Below are positions 36,480-47,687 of a DNA stretch of 48,360 nt, one piece after another. The notes under the pieces were generated by a model. It ran no database searches, was not told the DNA's origin, and saw only the letters and a program-made list of their open reading frames with translations. The position numbers were made by a program, and so were the translations under genes. The stretch's first letter is position 1. The number at the start of each line of letters is the position of its first letter. This DNA comes from a candidate division TA06 bacterium SM23_40 (GTDB taxonomy: Bacteria; LJUI01; SM1-40), in contig LJUI01000026.1 in NCBI GenBank assembly GCA_001303705.1, positions 1 through 48,360 of the forward strand, in the 5' to 3' direction.

Positions 36480-38744
36480 ATGATGCGACGAGGTTACTGC
36501 TCTCTGGCCGCTCTCCTCTGTGTGGTCTGCCTCCTCGGGGCCTACGGGTCGCATGCACAAGAACTGGCTGCGGTGATCACGGCCGTCGAGGTGAGCGGGA
36601 ACCAACGGTTCGATACAGGTACAGTTCTATCCAACTTCGGCCTCGAGGTTGGCGATCGAGTCGATCAGGTCGCGATAGCGGAGGGGATCCGTCGGCTCTA
36701 CTCTCTCAGAGTCTTCTCGGATGTGGAGGTCGAGGCAGAGCCGGAGCCTGAGCGGGGTGGAGTGCGGCTGATAATCATCGTACTTGAACACCCTACGCTC
36801 GCGCAGTTGGAGTTGAGGGGCAATCGCGCTGTCTCATCGGGTGACATCGAGAAGGAGTTGATACCGCGGACCGGGCAGACGATCTCTCCGCAGACGGTCC
36901 TCCGCTGGAAGCGCCTTGTCCTCAAGCTGTACGAGGAGAAGGGCTATCTCCTGACGACGGTGACCGAAGAGGTCGGTCTTCCAGATGACAGGGGTGGGGT
37001 GCACGTCACCCTGAACATCGATGAGGGGAGGAAGGTCAAGATCCGTGACATCGACATCAAAGGTAACGAGGTATTCTCGGATGAAGCGATCGAACGGAAC
37101 CTGACGAACCGAGAGAAAGAGTGGTACCGGTCCGGCTCCTTCAAGCGTGAGGAATTGGATGAGGATCTGGACAAGATCGTCGCCCTGTATCGGAAACATG
37201 GGTACGTGGACTGCAAGGTTGCGGAGCACCGTTTCCGCTACGATGACCAGAGGGAATGGGTGACCATCACCATTGTTGTCGACGAGGGGCAGCAGTATCG
37301 GGTCGGGAGTATCGAGTGGGTGGGGAATGAGGCGCTGGCCGATGACGTGCTCCGGTCGGCGCTCAAGATCGGTACCGGTGACATCTACAATGTCGAGAAG
37401 GTCAACGAGACGCTCGGCTCACTGTACGCCGCATATACGGAAGAGGGCTACCTGTATGTGGGCATCGATCAGGAGGAGTCGACGCAGGGAGATGCGATCG
37501 ATATCTTCTACCGGATCAGAGAGGGACGTCCGGCCCGCATTCAGAAGTTGGTGATCGCGGGGAACAGCCGCACGAAGGAGAAGGTGATCCGTCGCGAGCT
37601 CGTCGCCCTCCCCGGGGAGATATTCCGCCGATCATCGGTCATCCGTAGCCAACAGAAGGTCATGAACCTCGGGTTCTTCGAGAATGTGATGCTGGATTAT
37701 CGAACTGCCAACGAGGAAGGTGATGTGGATCTCATCTTCAAAGTCGAGGAGAAGCAGACCGGTCACCTGGGTGGGGGGTTCGCCTACAGCGAGATCGATG
37801 CGCTCACATGGTATCTCGAGCTCTCTGAGCCGAACCTGTTCGGCCGCGCACGGAGGGGCTATCTGCGAACCGAATGGGGGAAGCGAAGACAGAACTACGA
37901 GTTCGGGTTCACGGAGCCATGGTTGTTCGACCGGCCGATCTCAGCCGGCTTCGACATCTTCCACATGACTCGATACCGCGACTACTACGATCAGAAGCGG
38001 ACCGGCGGCGCGGTGCGGGCATCTGCCCCCATCCCGCGCCTCGACTACACCCGGATCTATGGAACGTATCGTCTCGAGGATGTCGAGATCGTACTCGGTC
38101 CGGACATCGATAAGAGCGATCTCTCTGCATGGTTTGTGGAGGGGAAGCGGCGAACGAGCAGCGCCATCTTCTCCCTGATTCGCGACAGCCGGGACTATGT
38201 CTTCAATGCGACCCGCGGCTCTCGTCTCGCCTACACCATCGAGGTGGCAGGAGGTCCGCTCGGCGGTCAGGTCGACTTCCACAAACATGTGCTCGATGCA
38301 AGGTCGTACTGGCCGACCTTCTGGAAGTTCGTCCTCATGCTCCGCGGGAGGTTCGGGATCGTCGACGGGTACTCGACGGCATCGAGCGTTCCGAGCTATG
38401 AGTACTTCTATCTCGGCGGGGCCGGCGACTACGGCATCCGCGGCTACCCTGATCCCACGTTCCATCCGGCGCGGGACATCGCGGGGCGGACGATGATGAC
38501 GTTCACGGCGGAGCACAAGTTCCTGCTGACGGACAAGGTGTACTGGCTGCTCTTCGCCGACGCGGGCAATGCCTGGATGAATGTGCGCGACATCGGCAGC
38601 GAGGACTGGAAACGGGGGGCGGGAACGGGAATCAGGATAGAGATCCCGATGCTGGGAGTCCTCGGTTTCGACTTCGGGTACGGATTTGACAGAAAGCCGA
38701 AGCCGCGGTGGGAGTTCCACGTGCAGATGGGTGGGGCGGATTGA
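36480..38744 (+). CDS. bamA: Outer-membrane protein assembly factor BamA
   Basis: Signal peptide, POTRA repeats (GNQR, GNRA, GNEV, GNEA, GNSRTKEKVIRRE), NLFGR, FTEPW, IRGY loop motif, FADAGNAW, GFDFGYG. Confidence 0.95.
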   Translation: MMRRGYCSLAALLCVVCLLGAYGSHAQELAAVITAVEVSGNQRFDTGTVLSNFGLEVGDRVDQVAIAEGIRRLYSLRVFSDVEVEAEPEPERGGVRLIIIVLEHPTLAQLELRGNRAVSSGDIEKELIPRTGQTISPQTVLRWKRLVLKLYEEKGYLLTTVTEEVGLPDDRGGVHVTLNIDEGRKVKIRDIDIKGNEVFSDEAIERNLTNREKEWYRSGSFKREELDEDLDKIVALYRKHGYVDCKVAEHRFRYDDQREWVTITIVVDEGQQYRVGSIEWVGNEALADDVLRSALKIGTGDIYNVEKVNETLGSLYAAYTEEGYLYVGIDQEESTQGDAIDIFYRIREGRPARIQKLVIAGNSRTKEKVIRRELVALPGEIFRRSSVIRSQQKVMNLGFFENVMLDYRTANEEGDVDLIFKVEEKQTGHLGGGFAYSEIDALTWYLELSEPNLFGRARRGYLRTEWGKRRQNYEFGFTEPWLFDRPISAGFDIFHMTRYRDYYDQKRTGGAVRASAPIPRLDYTRIYGTYRLEDVEIVLGPDIDKSDLSAWFVEGKRRTSSAIFSLIRDSRDYVFNATRGSRLAYTIEVAGGPLGGQVDFHKHVLDARSYWPTFWKFVLMLRGRFGIVDGYSTASSVPSYEYFYLGGAGDYGIRGYPDPTFHPARDIAGRTMMTFTAEHKFLLTDKVYWLLFADAGNAWMNVRDIGSEDWKRGAGTGIRIEIPMLGVLGFDFGYGFDRKPKPRWEFHVQMGGAD

Positions 38745-38849
38745 CGGACGCCCCGACTGACGCGTCGGTGTGATAGGCGCACTCGCCGTCGACCGAACGG
38801 GGGCCGGCGCGTTCATGCAGCAGCCACAGACGTTGGGGGAGAGGAAGTC

Positions 38850-39842
38850 ATGGATGGATCGATCGATACCGCACGTCAGTGGGGTACCCTGATGAAGACC
38901 CTGGTTACTGCCTCGGCCATCGTGGCGCTGGCCTCTGCCCTGGGCGGCGAAGAGGTGAAGATCGGGTACATCGATTCTGGACGCATCTTCACTGAGTACC
39001 GGGGCACGGCAGACATAGAGACACAACTGAATGAAGAACTGCGTTCGTGGCAGGGAGAGGAGCGTACGAGGCTCGGCGAGATCGAGCAACTGGAGGCTCA
39101 ACTCGAGAGCCAGCGCCTTATGCTCAGCGATGAGTCCCAGAGGACGAAGCAGACCGAGATCGATCGCAAGCGAAGGGAATATCAGGAATACGTGCAGGGA
39201 GTGTGGGGGCCGGGTGGGCTCCTTGAGCAGCGCAACATCGAGCTCACTCAGCCGATCATCGAGAGGATCAATGTGGCGATCGAGAAGATCGCCAGTGCCG
39301 AGCACTACACGATGGTTCTCGATATAGCCGATGGATTTGTCGTCTATGCCGTCCCCGGGCTTGACGTAACCGACAAGGTAATCGAGGAACTCAATCGTGA
39401 GTTCGAGCCCCTGCTGGCCGCCGGCGAGAAGTTGAAGCTGGCAGTCTTCGATGTCCACGAGGCGGACAAGATGGCGCGCGAGCTCGGATATGGTGAACAG
39501 ATTACTCAGTTCCTCGAGGCCGCATTGGTGGCGACGAACCTGTTCGAACTCGTCCGGGGGGATGACTTCCAGAGGGCGATGACGGAGAATATGGTCGTGC
39601 GGACTGACGAGCAGATCGAGCTGTCCGTCGCTCTCGACGTGGGACGTGATGCACGGGCAGAGGTCATTCTCCTGTCTGAGGTCAGCGTGACTCCCTCCGA
39701 GATCGAGATAGAGTCGGTTCTCTACGATGTGATGACGGGGCGGGAGTTGGCGCAGGGCCGCGGCACCGCAGCGAATGAGGAGGAGCTGGAGTCGGCAGTC
39801 AGCGTTCTCACCGGCTCCATTCTGGAGAAGGTACGGCTCTGA
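38850..39842 (+). CDS. Skp/OmpH chaperone fused to a C-terminal CsgG/TolB-N-like alpha/beta domain
   Basis: KIGYIDSGRIF, coiled coil, PIIERI..YTMVLD..DVTDKVIEEL (OmpH); then LAVFDV..FELVR..ALDVGR..AEVIL..LYDVMTG. Confidence 0.85.
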   Translation: MDGSIDTARQWGTLMKTLVTASAIVALASALGGEEVKIGYIDSGRIFTEYRGTADIETQLNEELRSWQGEERTRLGEIEQLEAQLESQRLMLSDESQRTKQTEIDRKRREYQEYVQGVWGPGGLLEQRNIELTQPIIERINVAIEKIASAEHYTMVLDIADGFVVYAVPGLDVTDKVIEELNREFEPLLAAGEKLKLAVFDVHEADKMARELGYGEQITQFLEAALVATNLFELVRGDDFQRAMTENMVVRTDEQIELSVALDVGRDARAEVILLSEVSVTPSEIEIESVLYDVMTGRELAQGRGTAANEEELESAVSVLTGSILEKVRL

Positions 39843-39851
39843 GAAGACTTC

Positions 39852-40894
39852 ATGAAAGTGAATCTTGGGGAGATAGCGCAGCTCACCGAGGGAACGCTGA
39901 TCGGTGATGCGTCCGTCCAGATCACCGGTGTCGCCGGCATAGAGGACGCGGGCGAGGGAGACATCACATTCATCGGTCATCCGCGCTACGCGTCCTTTCT
40001 CCATACCACAGGTGCTTCTGCGATCATCGTTGCGCGCGAGATCCCCGATGCGCCGAAGCCGCTCATTGTCGTGGCACAGCCATATCTCGCGCTGGCGCAA
40101 GTTCTCGAGGTGTTCGCCGGGTCCAGGCCCGAGCCGAAGGGGGTCGTCGATTCCACAGCGGTCGTCTCTCAGAGCGCAACGCTCGGCGCGGATGTCTCGG
40201 TCGGAGCCTATGCGGTGATCGAGGACGGCGCCAGCATCGGCTCCAACACCATCATCTCTCCCCTTGTATACGTCGGCAGAGGAGCGAGCATCGGAGACGA
40301 CTGCGTTATTCATCCGATGACGGTCGTGCGAGAGGGCGTAACGCTCGGCGACCGTGTTATCGTACATGCTCATGCCGTGATCGGGAGCGACGGTTTCGGG
40401 TACGCTCAAGAGGGGCAGTCCCACCGGAGGATCCCCCAGATAGGAACGGTCATCGTCGAGGATGATGTGGACGTCGGGGCCGGAGTGACGATCGACCGGG
40501 CCACGCTGGGGGCAACGAGGATCGGGCGCGGCACAAAGATAGACAATCTCGTGCAGATCGGGCACAATGTGACTGTGGGCGAGGAATCGATCATCGTCGC
40601 CCAGGTCGGCATCTCAGGGAGCACTGAGATAGGGAAGCGCGTCATTCTCGCCGGGCAAGCGGGCCTGGTGGGGCATATCAAGGTAGGTGATGGGGCGGTC
40701 GTCGGGGCGCAGGCGGGTGTGACGAAATCTGTGGCGCCGGGGGAGGTCGTCTCCGGATACCCCGCTCGTTCTCACCAGGCGGCGTCGAGAGTGTACGCAT
40801 GCATGCAGCACCTCCCAGATCTGCTCAAGCGTGTCAAGCGGCTGGAGCAGAGGCTGGGAGAGTTGGAGAGCGAGCACCAGGGCGAGAAGGGCTG

Positions 40895-40895
<1 letters not shown>
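39852..40895 (+). CDS. lpxD: UDP-3-O-acyl-glucosamine N-acyltransferase
   Basis: Hexapeptide repeats, [29 protein letters not shown]. Confidence 0.96.
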
Positions 40896-42178
<1,283 letters not shown>

Positions 42179-42182
42179 TCCC

Positions 42183-42953
42183 TTGGCCATCGACCCGCGC
42201 GCAGTTGTCCACCAACGAGCAAGACTGGGCGATGGGGTGTCGGTCGGGCCCTGCAGCGTCATCGGCGAGCATGTGGTCATCGGCGAACGGACCGAGGTGG
42301 GGAGCGGCGTCTTGATCGAGGGGTGGACAGAGATCGGGGCTGATTGTCGGATCTGCCACGGTGCAGTGATAGGGACAGAACCCCAGGACTACAAGTACCG
42401 CGGAGAGGAGTCGTACTGCATTGTTGGTGACCGGAATGTCATCCGTGAGTACGTGACGATCAATCGGGCCACAGGCGAAGGGAAAAGCACGACCCTCGGG
42501 GATGGCATCTTACTGATGGCTTACTCCCATGTGGCGCACAACTGCACGCTGGGGGACGACGTCATCATCGCCAATGCTGTCAACATGGCGGGGCACGTGA
42601 CGATCGAGGAGCACGCTATGGTGAGCGGGCTCATTCCGATCCATCAGTTCGTGAGGATCGGATGTCATGCGATGATCGGAGGGGGATCGCGCATAACCCA
42701 GGATGTAGTCCCCTACGGATTGGCAGTAGGGAATCCGCTCTCCATGCGGGGCATCAACGTGGTGGGCCTGAGGCGACATCGCTTCCCCGAAGGGGTGAGA
42801 ACGACACTCAAGGAGGCTTTCCGGTTTCTGTTCCGCTCGGGTCTCAATACATCTCAGGCGCTGACTCGGATCAAAGCAGATCTGCCTACTATCCCTGAGA
42901 TCGATCATCTCGTCGAGTTTGTCGAGAGCTCTAAACGCGGCATCACGAAGTAG
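42183..42953 (+). CDS. lpxA: Acyl-ACP--UDP-GlcNAc O-acyltransferase
   Basis: TTG after AAAGGAG; PQDYKY, IREYVTINR, MAYSHVAHNC, GHV, HQFVRIG. Confidence 0.96.
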   Translation: MAIDPRAVVHQRARLGDGVSVGPCSVIGEHVVIGERTEVGSGVLIEGWTEIGADCRICHGAVIGTEPQDYKYRGEESYCIVGDRNVIREYVTINRATGEGKSTTLGDGILLMAYSHVAHNCTLGDDVIIANAVNMAGHVTIEEHAMVSGLIPIHQFVRIGCHAMIGGGSRITQDVVPYGLAVGNPLSMRGINVVGLRRHRFPEGVRTTLKEAFRFLFRSGLNTSQALTRIKADLPTIPEIDHLVEFVESSKRGITK

Positions 42954-42985
42954 ATCGTCGTGTCAATCGGTGGAGGGCTAATGCG

Positions 42986-44023
42986 TTGGACCCGATTAGA
43001 GTAGGCGTTGTCGGAGTTGGCCATCTGGGCTGCGAGCATGCCCGCATCTATGCATCGCTGCCCGATGTCGAGCTGGTGGGTGTCTCCGATCTGGATTGGT
43101 CGCGGGCATCTGCCGTCGGGAAGCGGGTGGGAGTGAGGCCGTACAGCGACCACTCCGAACTCCTCGAGTCGGCGGATGCCGTGAGCGTGGCCGTGCCCAC
43201 GGTCGATCATCACGCGCTCGTCAGGGAGGCTCTGCTTGCGGGGGCACACGTGCTTGTAGAGAAGCCGATCACGAAGACGATTGCCGAGGCTGAGGAACTT
43301 GTCCGGCTGGCCCAGTCCCGCGGCCTCGTTCTTCAAGTTGGCCATGTGGAACGATACAACCCGGCCGTGCAGGCTATGGTCGGCCGCGTGAGCCGCCCTC
43401 TGTTCATCGAATGTCATCGGCTCAGTCCGTTCGGTAACCGCGGAACGGACGTCTCTGTCGTCCTCGACGTGATGATTCACGATCTGGACATCGTCCTGGG
43501 GATGGTCGAGTCACCGGTCGTGGGGATCGATGCCATTGGCATTCCCGTTCTCTCTCCTTTGGAGGACATCGCTAACGCCCGCATAGAATTCGAGGGAGGA
43601 TGTATTGCCAATCTCACCGCCAGTCGCGTGTCGGCCGAGAAGCTGCGAAAGATCAGGATATTCCAGCACGATTCGTACATGTCGGTCGATTATGTGGCTC
43701 AGAAGGTGAAGCTGTACCGCCGTGTACAAGACGAGGCGGGCCCGAGGGTCGTACAGGAGGATGTCGACGTAGCGGCGGATGAGCCGCTACGCATGGAACT
43801 CATCTCGTTTGTCGAATCGATCAGAGAAGGGAAGAGGCCGCTCGTCTCAGGCTGGGACGGCAAGCGGGCGCTCGAGGTTGCTCTCAGAATCGTCGATGTG
43901 ATAAGGGATCGCCGGCAGGCGATGATCGACAAGATCGCGACGGATGGAGACAAGTGGCATATCCCGCGTGAGAAGGGAGAGTACATATCGGGGGGTCCAG
44001 GGGAGAGATGTGAGCAAGGTTAG
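42986..44023 (+). CDS. Gfo/Idh/MocA-family oxidoreductase (GnnA-like by position)
   Basis: VGVVGVGHLG, VLVEKP, QVGHVERYNP, DVMIHDLD, ANLTASRVS; lies between lpxA and lpxB. Confidence 0.9.
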   Translation: MDPIRVGVVGVGHLGCEHARIYASLPDVELVGVSDLDWSRASAVGKRVGVRPYSDHSELLESADAVSVAVPTVDHHALVREALLAGAHVLVEKPITKTIAEAEELVRLAQSRGLVLQVGHVERYNPAVQAMVGRVSRPLFIECHRLSPFGNRGTDVSVVLDVMIHDLDIVLGMVESPVVGIDAIGIPVLSPLEDIANARIEFEGGCIANLTASRVSAEKLRKIRIFQHDSYMSVDYVAQKVKLYRRVQDEAGPRVVQEDVDVAADEPLRMELISFVESIREGKRPLVSGWDGKRALEVALRIVDVIRDRRQAMIDKIATDGDKWHIPREKGEYISGGPGERCEQG

Positions 44024-45152
44024 AGTCGCCATAGCAGCGGGGGACATCTCCGGCGACGTGCACGGGGCGAGTCTGGCTGAGGAGATCGCCCGGATCATTC
44101 CGGGGGTGGAGCTGTTTGGGGTCGGCGGCGAGCGGATGGAGCGAGCAGGCGTGAGACTCCTCCATCGGATGGACCGGCTCGCGATCGTCGGTTTTATCGA
44201 AGTGCTTCGCCACATTCCGGCAGCTCACCGGGTTATGAAAGATATCCTCCAATCGCTCGCCACGCTCAAGCCGCACGTCCTCGTCCTGATCGACTACCCG
44301 GGGTTCAATCTCAGACTGGCGCACGCCGCAAAACGGGAAGGCGTGCGCGTTGTCTACTACATCGGACCGCAAATCTGGGCGTGGGGTGGGTGGCGCATAC
44401 GGCGGATCGCCTCGTCGGTCGACAAGATGGTCGTGACGTTTCCGTTTGAGATCGACCTGTACCGTCGGGCCGGTGTCGACGTCGAGTTCGTGGGCCATCC
44501 GTTGCTGGACATGGTGGAGTCGAAGCTCGATCGCCGGACCTTTGCAGCCCGGCTCGGAATCGATCCAGAGAAGCCGATCATCGGGCTTCTTCCCGGATCG
44601 AGAGCTCAGGAGCTGCGTCGGCTCGTGCCGGTCATGTTGGATTCGGCAGAGGAGATGAGCCGCAGACGAGACGGGCTGCAGTTCGTCGTCGCATGCGCTC
44701 CCGGCGGTTGTCAGTCGTTCGTCCAGGAGAGGGCAAGGGGCCAGCGTCTCACCCTGAAAGTGGTGAGAGGGCTCACCTATGAGGTAATGAAGAATGCCGA
44801 TCTCCTTCTTGTCGCTTCCGGTACCGCGACGCTGGAGGCGGCGATTCTGGGCACGCCCATGCTGATACTGTACAAGATCTCGTTTCTCTCCTGGCTGATC
44901 GGCAGACAACTGATCCAGGTTCCCAATATCGGCCTGGTCAATATCCTGGCAGGCCGTGAGATCGTCCCTGAGTTCGTGCAGTTCGGGGCGAGGCGCTCGA
45001 AGATCGTGCGTGCGGCTCTGGAGATGCTGGATGGCGAGGAGAGGCTTTCAGCAGTGGAGCAGGATCTGGATGCCGTCGTTCAGCGGCTGGGCCCTGTCGG
45101 CGCATCGAGGCGCGCAGCACAGATCGTCGCGGACCTGATCGAGAGTGGATAG
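44010..45152 (+). CDS. lpxB: Lipid-A-disaccharide synthase
   Basis: AGDISGDVHG, IDYPGFN, PQIWAW, FPFE, VGHPL, LPGSRAQE, ASGTATLE. Confidence 0.96.
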   Translation: MSKVRVAIAAGDISGDVHGASLAEEIARIIPGVELFGVGGERMERAGVRLLHRMDRLAIVGFIEVLRHIPAAHRVMKDILQSLATLKPHVLVLIDYPGFNLRLAHAAKREGVRVVYYIGPQIWAWGGWRIRRIASSVDKMVVTFPFEIDLYRRAGVDVEFVGHPLLDMVESKLDRRTFAARLGIDPEKPIIGLLPGSRAQELRRLVPVMLDSAEEMSRRRDGLQFVVACAPGGCQSFVQERARGQRLTLKVVRGLTYEVMKNADLLLVASGTATLEAAILGTPMLILYKISFLSWLIGRQLIQVPNIGLVNILAGREIVPEFVQFGARRSKIVRAALEMLDGEERLSAVEQDLDAVVQRLGPVGASRRAAQIVADLIESG

Positions 45153-45230
45153 TGGTGTGTGCCGGCGCGTCTCTCTGATTGACCTCCGTCGAGCACATAG
45201 CGTGGCGTACTTCAGGGATCGAGACACCGG

Positions 45231-46028
45231 ATGAGCAGTACATCGCGATTGATGGAGCGGGTGGTAATGACGGTCGCGACATGGGTCGTAGCCCGCGTGA
45301 TTCAGGTCTCGGGGAGGAGCTGGCGCCTGATTGAGATCGAGAGAGATCAGGTTGAGCGGGGTCGCCGGGATGGGGGGGTGATATATGCCTTCTGGCATGG
45401 GCGCATGATGGTTCCCGCGTACACCCATCGGCGTCGCGGGATACACGTCCTCATCAGCGAGCATCGCGACGGCGAGTACATCGACCGCGTCATACGGCGA
45501 CTGGGCTTTGGTTCGGTGAGGGGATCCACGACCCGGGGTGGGGCAAAGGCTCTCTTCGGGATGGCAGGAGCAGGGCACAGGGGCCACGATCTCGCCGTCA
45601 CTCCCGACGGCCCGGGGGGTCCGCGATTCCGGTTCCAGACTGGGGTGCTCTCGATAGCCCAACGGACCGGGCTCGCGGTCATCCCCGCAGGAGTCGCCGC
45701 CCATCCCTGCCTTGTACTCAGGAGCTGGGATCGATTTGTCATTCCGTTGCCTTTCTGTCGCTGTGTCATAGTGTACGGCGAGCCGGTTATCGTTCCCAGA
45801 GACTGCACGCGCGAGGCTCTTGAGCGACTGCGGATTGAGGCCGAGTCGACGCTGCGCGGACTCACAGCGCGTGCCGAGAGGCTCTCCCGGAGCCGTGCGG
45901 GAAGACGACTGAGGGCGGCACTCGGGCCCGGCGGGCAGCCGGGAGACGGCGTCGAGGCTGCGTCGCCGACTCCGACGCGGGAGACGAGGGCTCACGGCGC
46001 GACGCCGGGGGGAAATGATGGATCGTAG
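45231..46028 (+). CDS. DUF374 lysophospholipid acyltransferase family (LpxJ-like)
   Basis: YAFWHGR, LISEHRDGE, VRGSTTRGG, TPDGPGGP, SWDRFVIPLPF. Confidence 0.9.
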   Translation: MSSTSRLMERVVMTVATWVVARVIQVSGRSWRLIEIERDQVERGRRDGGVIYAFWHGRMMVPAYTHRRRGIHVLISEHRDGEYIDRVIRRLGFGSVRGSTTRGGAKALFGMAGAGHRGHDLAVTPDGPGGPRFRFQTGVLSIAQRTGLAVIPAGVAAHPCLVLRSWDRFVIPLPFCRCVIVYGEPVIVPRDCTREALERLRIEAESTLRGLTARAERLSRSRAGRRLRAALGPGGQPGDGVEAASPTPTRETRAHGATPGGNDGS

Positions 46029-47304
46029 GGGACAACTGGCTGCGGCTGCCTACGATGCGGCCTCCACGGCAATGCTCCTCCTCGCCTCACCGGGACTGGC
46101 GTGGCAGCTCTTTCTCCGACCAGAGGAGTGGAAGCCCCGTCTGGGAGGGAGGCCGAGCTCGCCGGGGCGGGAGTCCCGGCGCGGTCCGGTCATCTGGCTC
46201 CACGCAGCATCTGTCGGAGAAGTGGCGGCTATGGCGCCCCTGGCAGCGGAAGTGAGGAGGCTGCGCCCCGATGCCTCGCTCCTCGTGACGACGGTTACTG
46301 AGACGGGACGGCAGCGCTCGCGCGATCTCATCCCGTCTGCCGACTGGCACACGCTTCTGCCAGTCGATCTGCGCTGGCTCACGCGGCACGCGGTGGAGTT
46401 CTGGAGACCATCGGCGCTGCTCATCGCAGAGACTGAACTCTGGCCCAGTCTGGTGCGTGAGGCGAAGCGGGCGGGAGCGACCGTCTGTCTGGTGAACGGG
46501 CGGATCTCCGGTGCGAGTTTTGATCTGTACCGCCGGATCTCCTGGTTGACGAGGCACGTTCTCGGGTACTTCGATCTCCTTGCCGTCCAGACGTCGATCG
46601 ATGCGCAGCGAGTCATCTCCCTGGGTGCTGGCCCTTCGCGTGTGGTCATCACCGGGAGCCTCAAGTATGATCTGAAGGGCGCCGCAGCTGATGGCCAGCT
46701 GAGCCGCCCGGTCCTCGGCATCCCGGAGAAGTCCCGTCTTCTCGTGGCCGGTTCAACTCGGGACGGGGAAGAAGAACTCGTGGTCGCGGCGATCGCCCGG
46801 ATCGCAGACCGTGTGGCGGACCTGTACGTCGTCATTGCCCCCAGGCACCGAAAGCGGTTCGGGGAGGTTGCCCGAATTCTGAAGCGTCGCGGAATCGGTT
46901 TCCGGCGGCGTTCCATGGGGGAACGGCACAGGGGGGAGCAGGTTCTCCTGCTCGATACTATCGGCGAGCTGTCGAGAGTCTATGGCCTGGCAGATCTGGC
47001 GTTCGTCGGGGGGAGCCTGTTGCCGTTCGGGGGACATAACCCCCTTGAGCCGGCATACCACGGAGTGCCCGTGCTGTTCGGGCCGTACATGACGAATTCC
47101 CGGGAGAGCGCCGGGCGGCTGAGGGAGGTGGGGGGCGGCGTGGAGGTGTCCGGGCCGGACGAGCTTGCTCGTATGTGCGAGCGGCTCCTTCTCGATGAGG
47201 AGGAGCGCAGGAGGCGGGGAGCGGCCGCGCGTCTCGTCGTCGAGAATGAATCGGGTGTAGCGGCCCGCGTCGCCGAGCTGCTTGCTGAACGGGCGATCAT
47301 CTAG
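46015..47304 (+). CDS. waaA: Kdo transferase
   Basis: WLHAASVGE, ETELWP, NGRIS, GSLKYD, AGSTRDGEE, APRH, DTIGEL, GGHNPLEPA. Confidence 0.96.
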   Translation: MMDRRGQLAAAAYDAASTAMLLLASPGLAWQLFLRPEEWKPRLGGRPSSPGRESRRGPVIWLHAASVGEVAAMAPLAAEVRRLRPDASLLVTTVTETGRQRSRDLIPSADWHTLLPVDLRWLTRHAVEFWRPSALLIAETELWPSLVREAKRAGATVCLVNGRISGASFDLYRRISWLTRHVLGYFDLLAVQTSIDAQRVISLGAGPSRVVITGSLKYDLKGAAADGQLSRPVLGIPEKSRLLVAGSTRDGEEELVVAAIARIADRVADLYVVIAPRHRKRFGEVARILKRRGIGFRRRSMGERHRGEQVLLLDTIGELSRVYGLADLAFVGGSLLPFGGHNPLEPAYHGVPVLFGPYMTNSRESAGRLREVGGGVEVSGPDELARMCERLLLDEEERRRRGAAARLVVENESGVAARVAELLAERAII

Positions 47305-47477
47305 GACCCATCGCGGTCCACCCCGGGTCCCGATCACACGGTACCGAGCACCTTGCGTTGCATGCCGGTGTGGGCCGGACATCGAGCTGCCGGTCGTGTG
47401 CCATTCCGCGGAATAGGAATGGGGCGCAAGCAGTGCCCGGGGACGGCTCGAGGGCACATGAGCACGGCGCGGGCAGT

Positions 47478-47573
47478 GCACCGGCGCACAGAACAGGCGG
47501 CACCGAAGCACGGCATACGCGGCACCGGCGTACGGCATGCGCCGCACCACCGCATGGCATGCGCGGCACCAGC
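47478..47573. repeat. Degenerate 22-bp tandem repeat (4 full copies plus 1 partial), approximate consensus GCACCNNCGCACGGCATGCGCG
   Basis: GCACC recurs at 47478, 47500, 47522, 47544 and 47566 (exact 22-bp period). Confidence 0.8.
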
Positions 47574-47687
47574 CCGACCCCAACCGTGAACGGGCAGGCC
47601 GGGGAGCGCACGGGAACAGAGCGAAGAGTGCGCGAGCACAGGGCGTTGATCCTATGGTGAGCTCATGTTGAGGACGATTCCGCGAGC

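Noticed and set aside
37941-40565. 874-aa minus-strand ORF (also 28190-29938, 33864-35189, 3481-4794, 12213-13346 and similar)
   Set aside because: Antisense shadows of well-supported genes in GC-rich DNA; bamA, skp and lpxD share one frame, which explains the length; no protein motifs.
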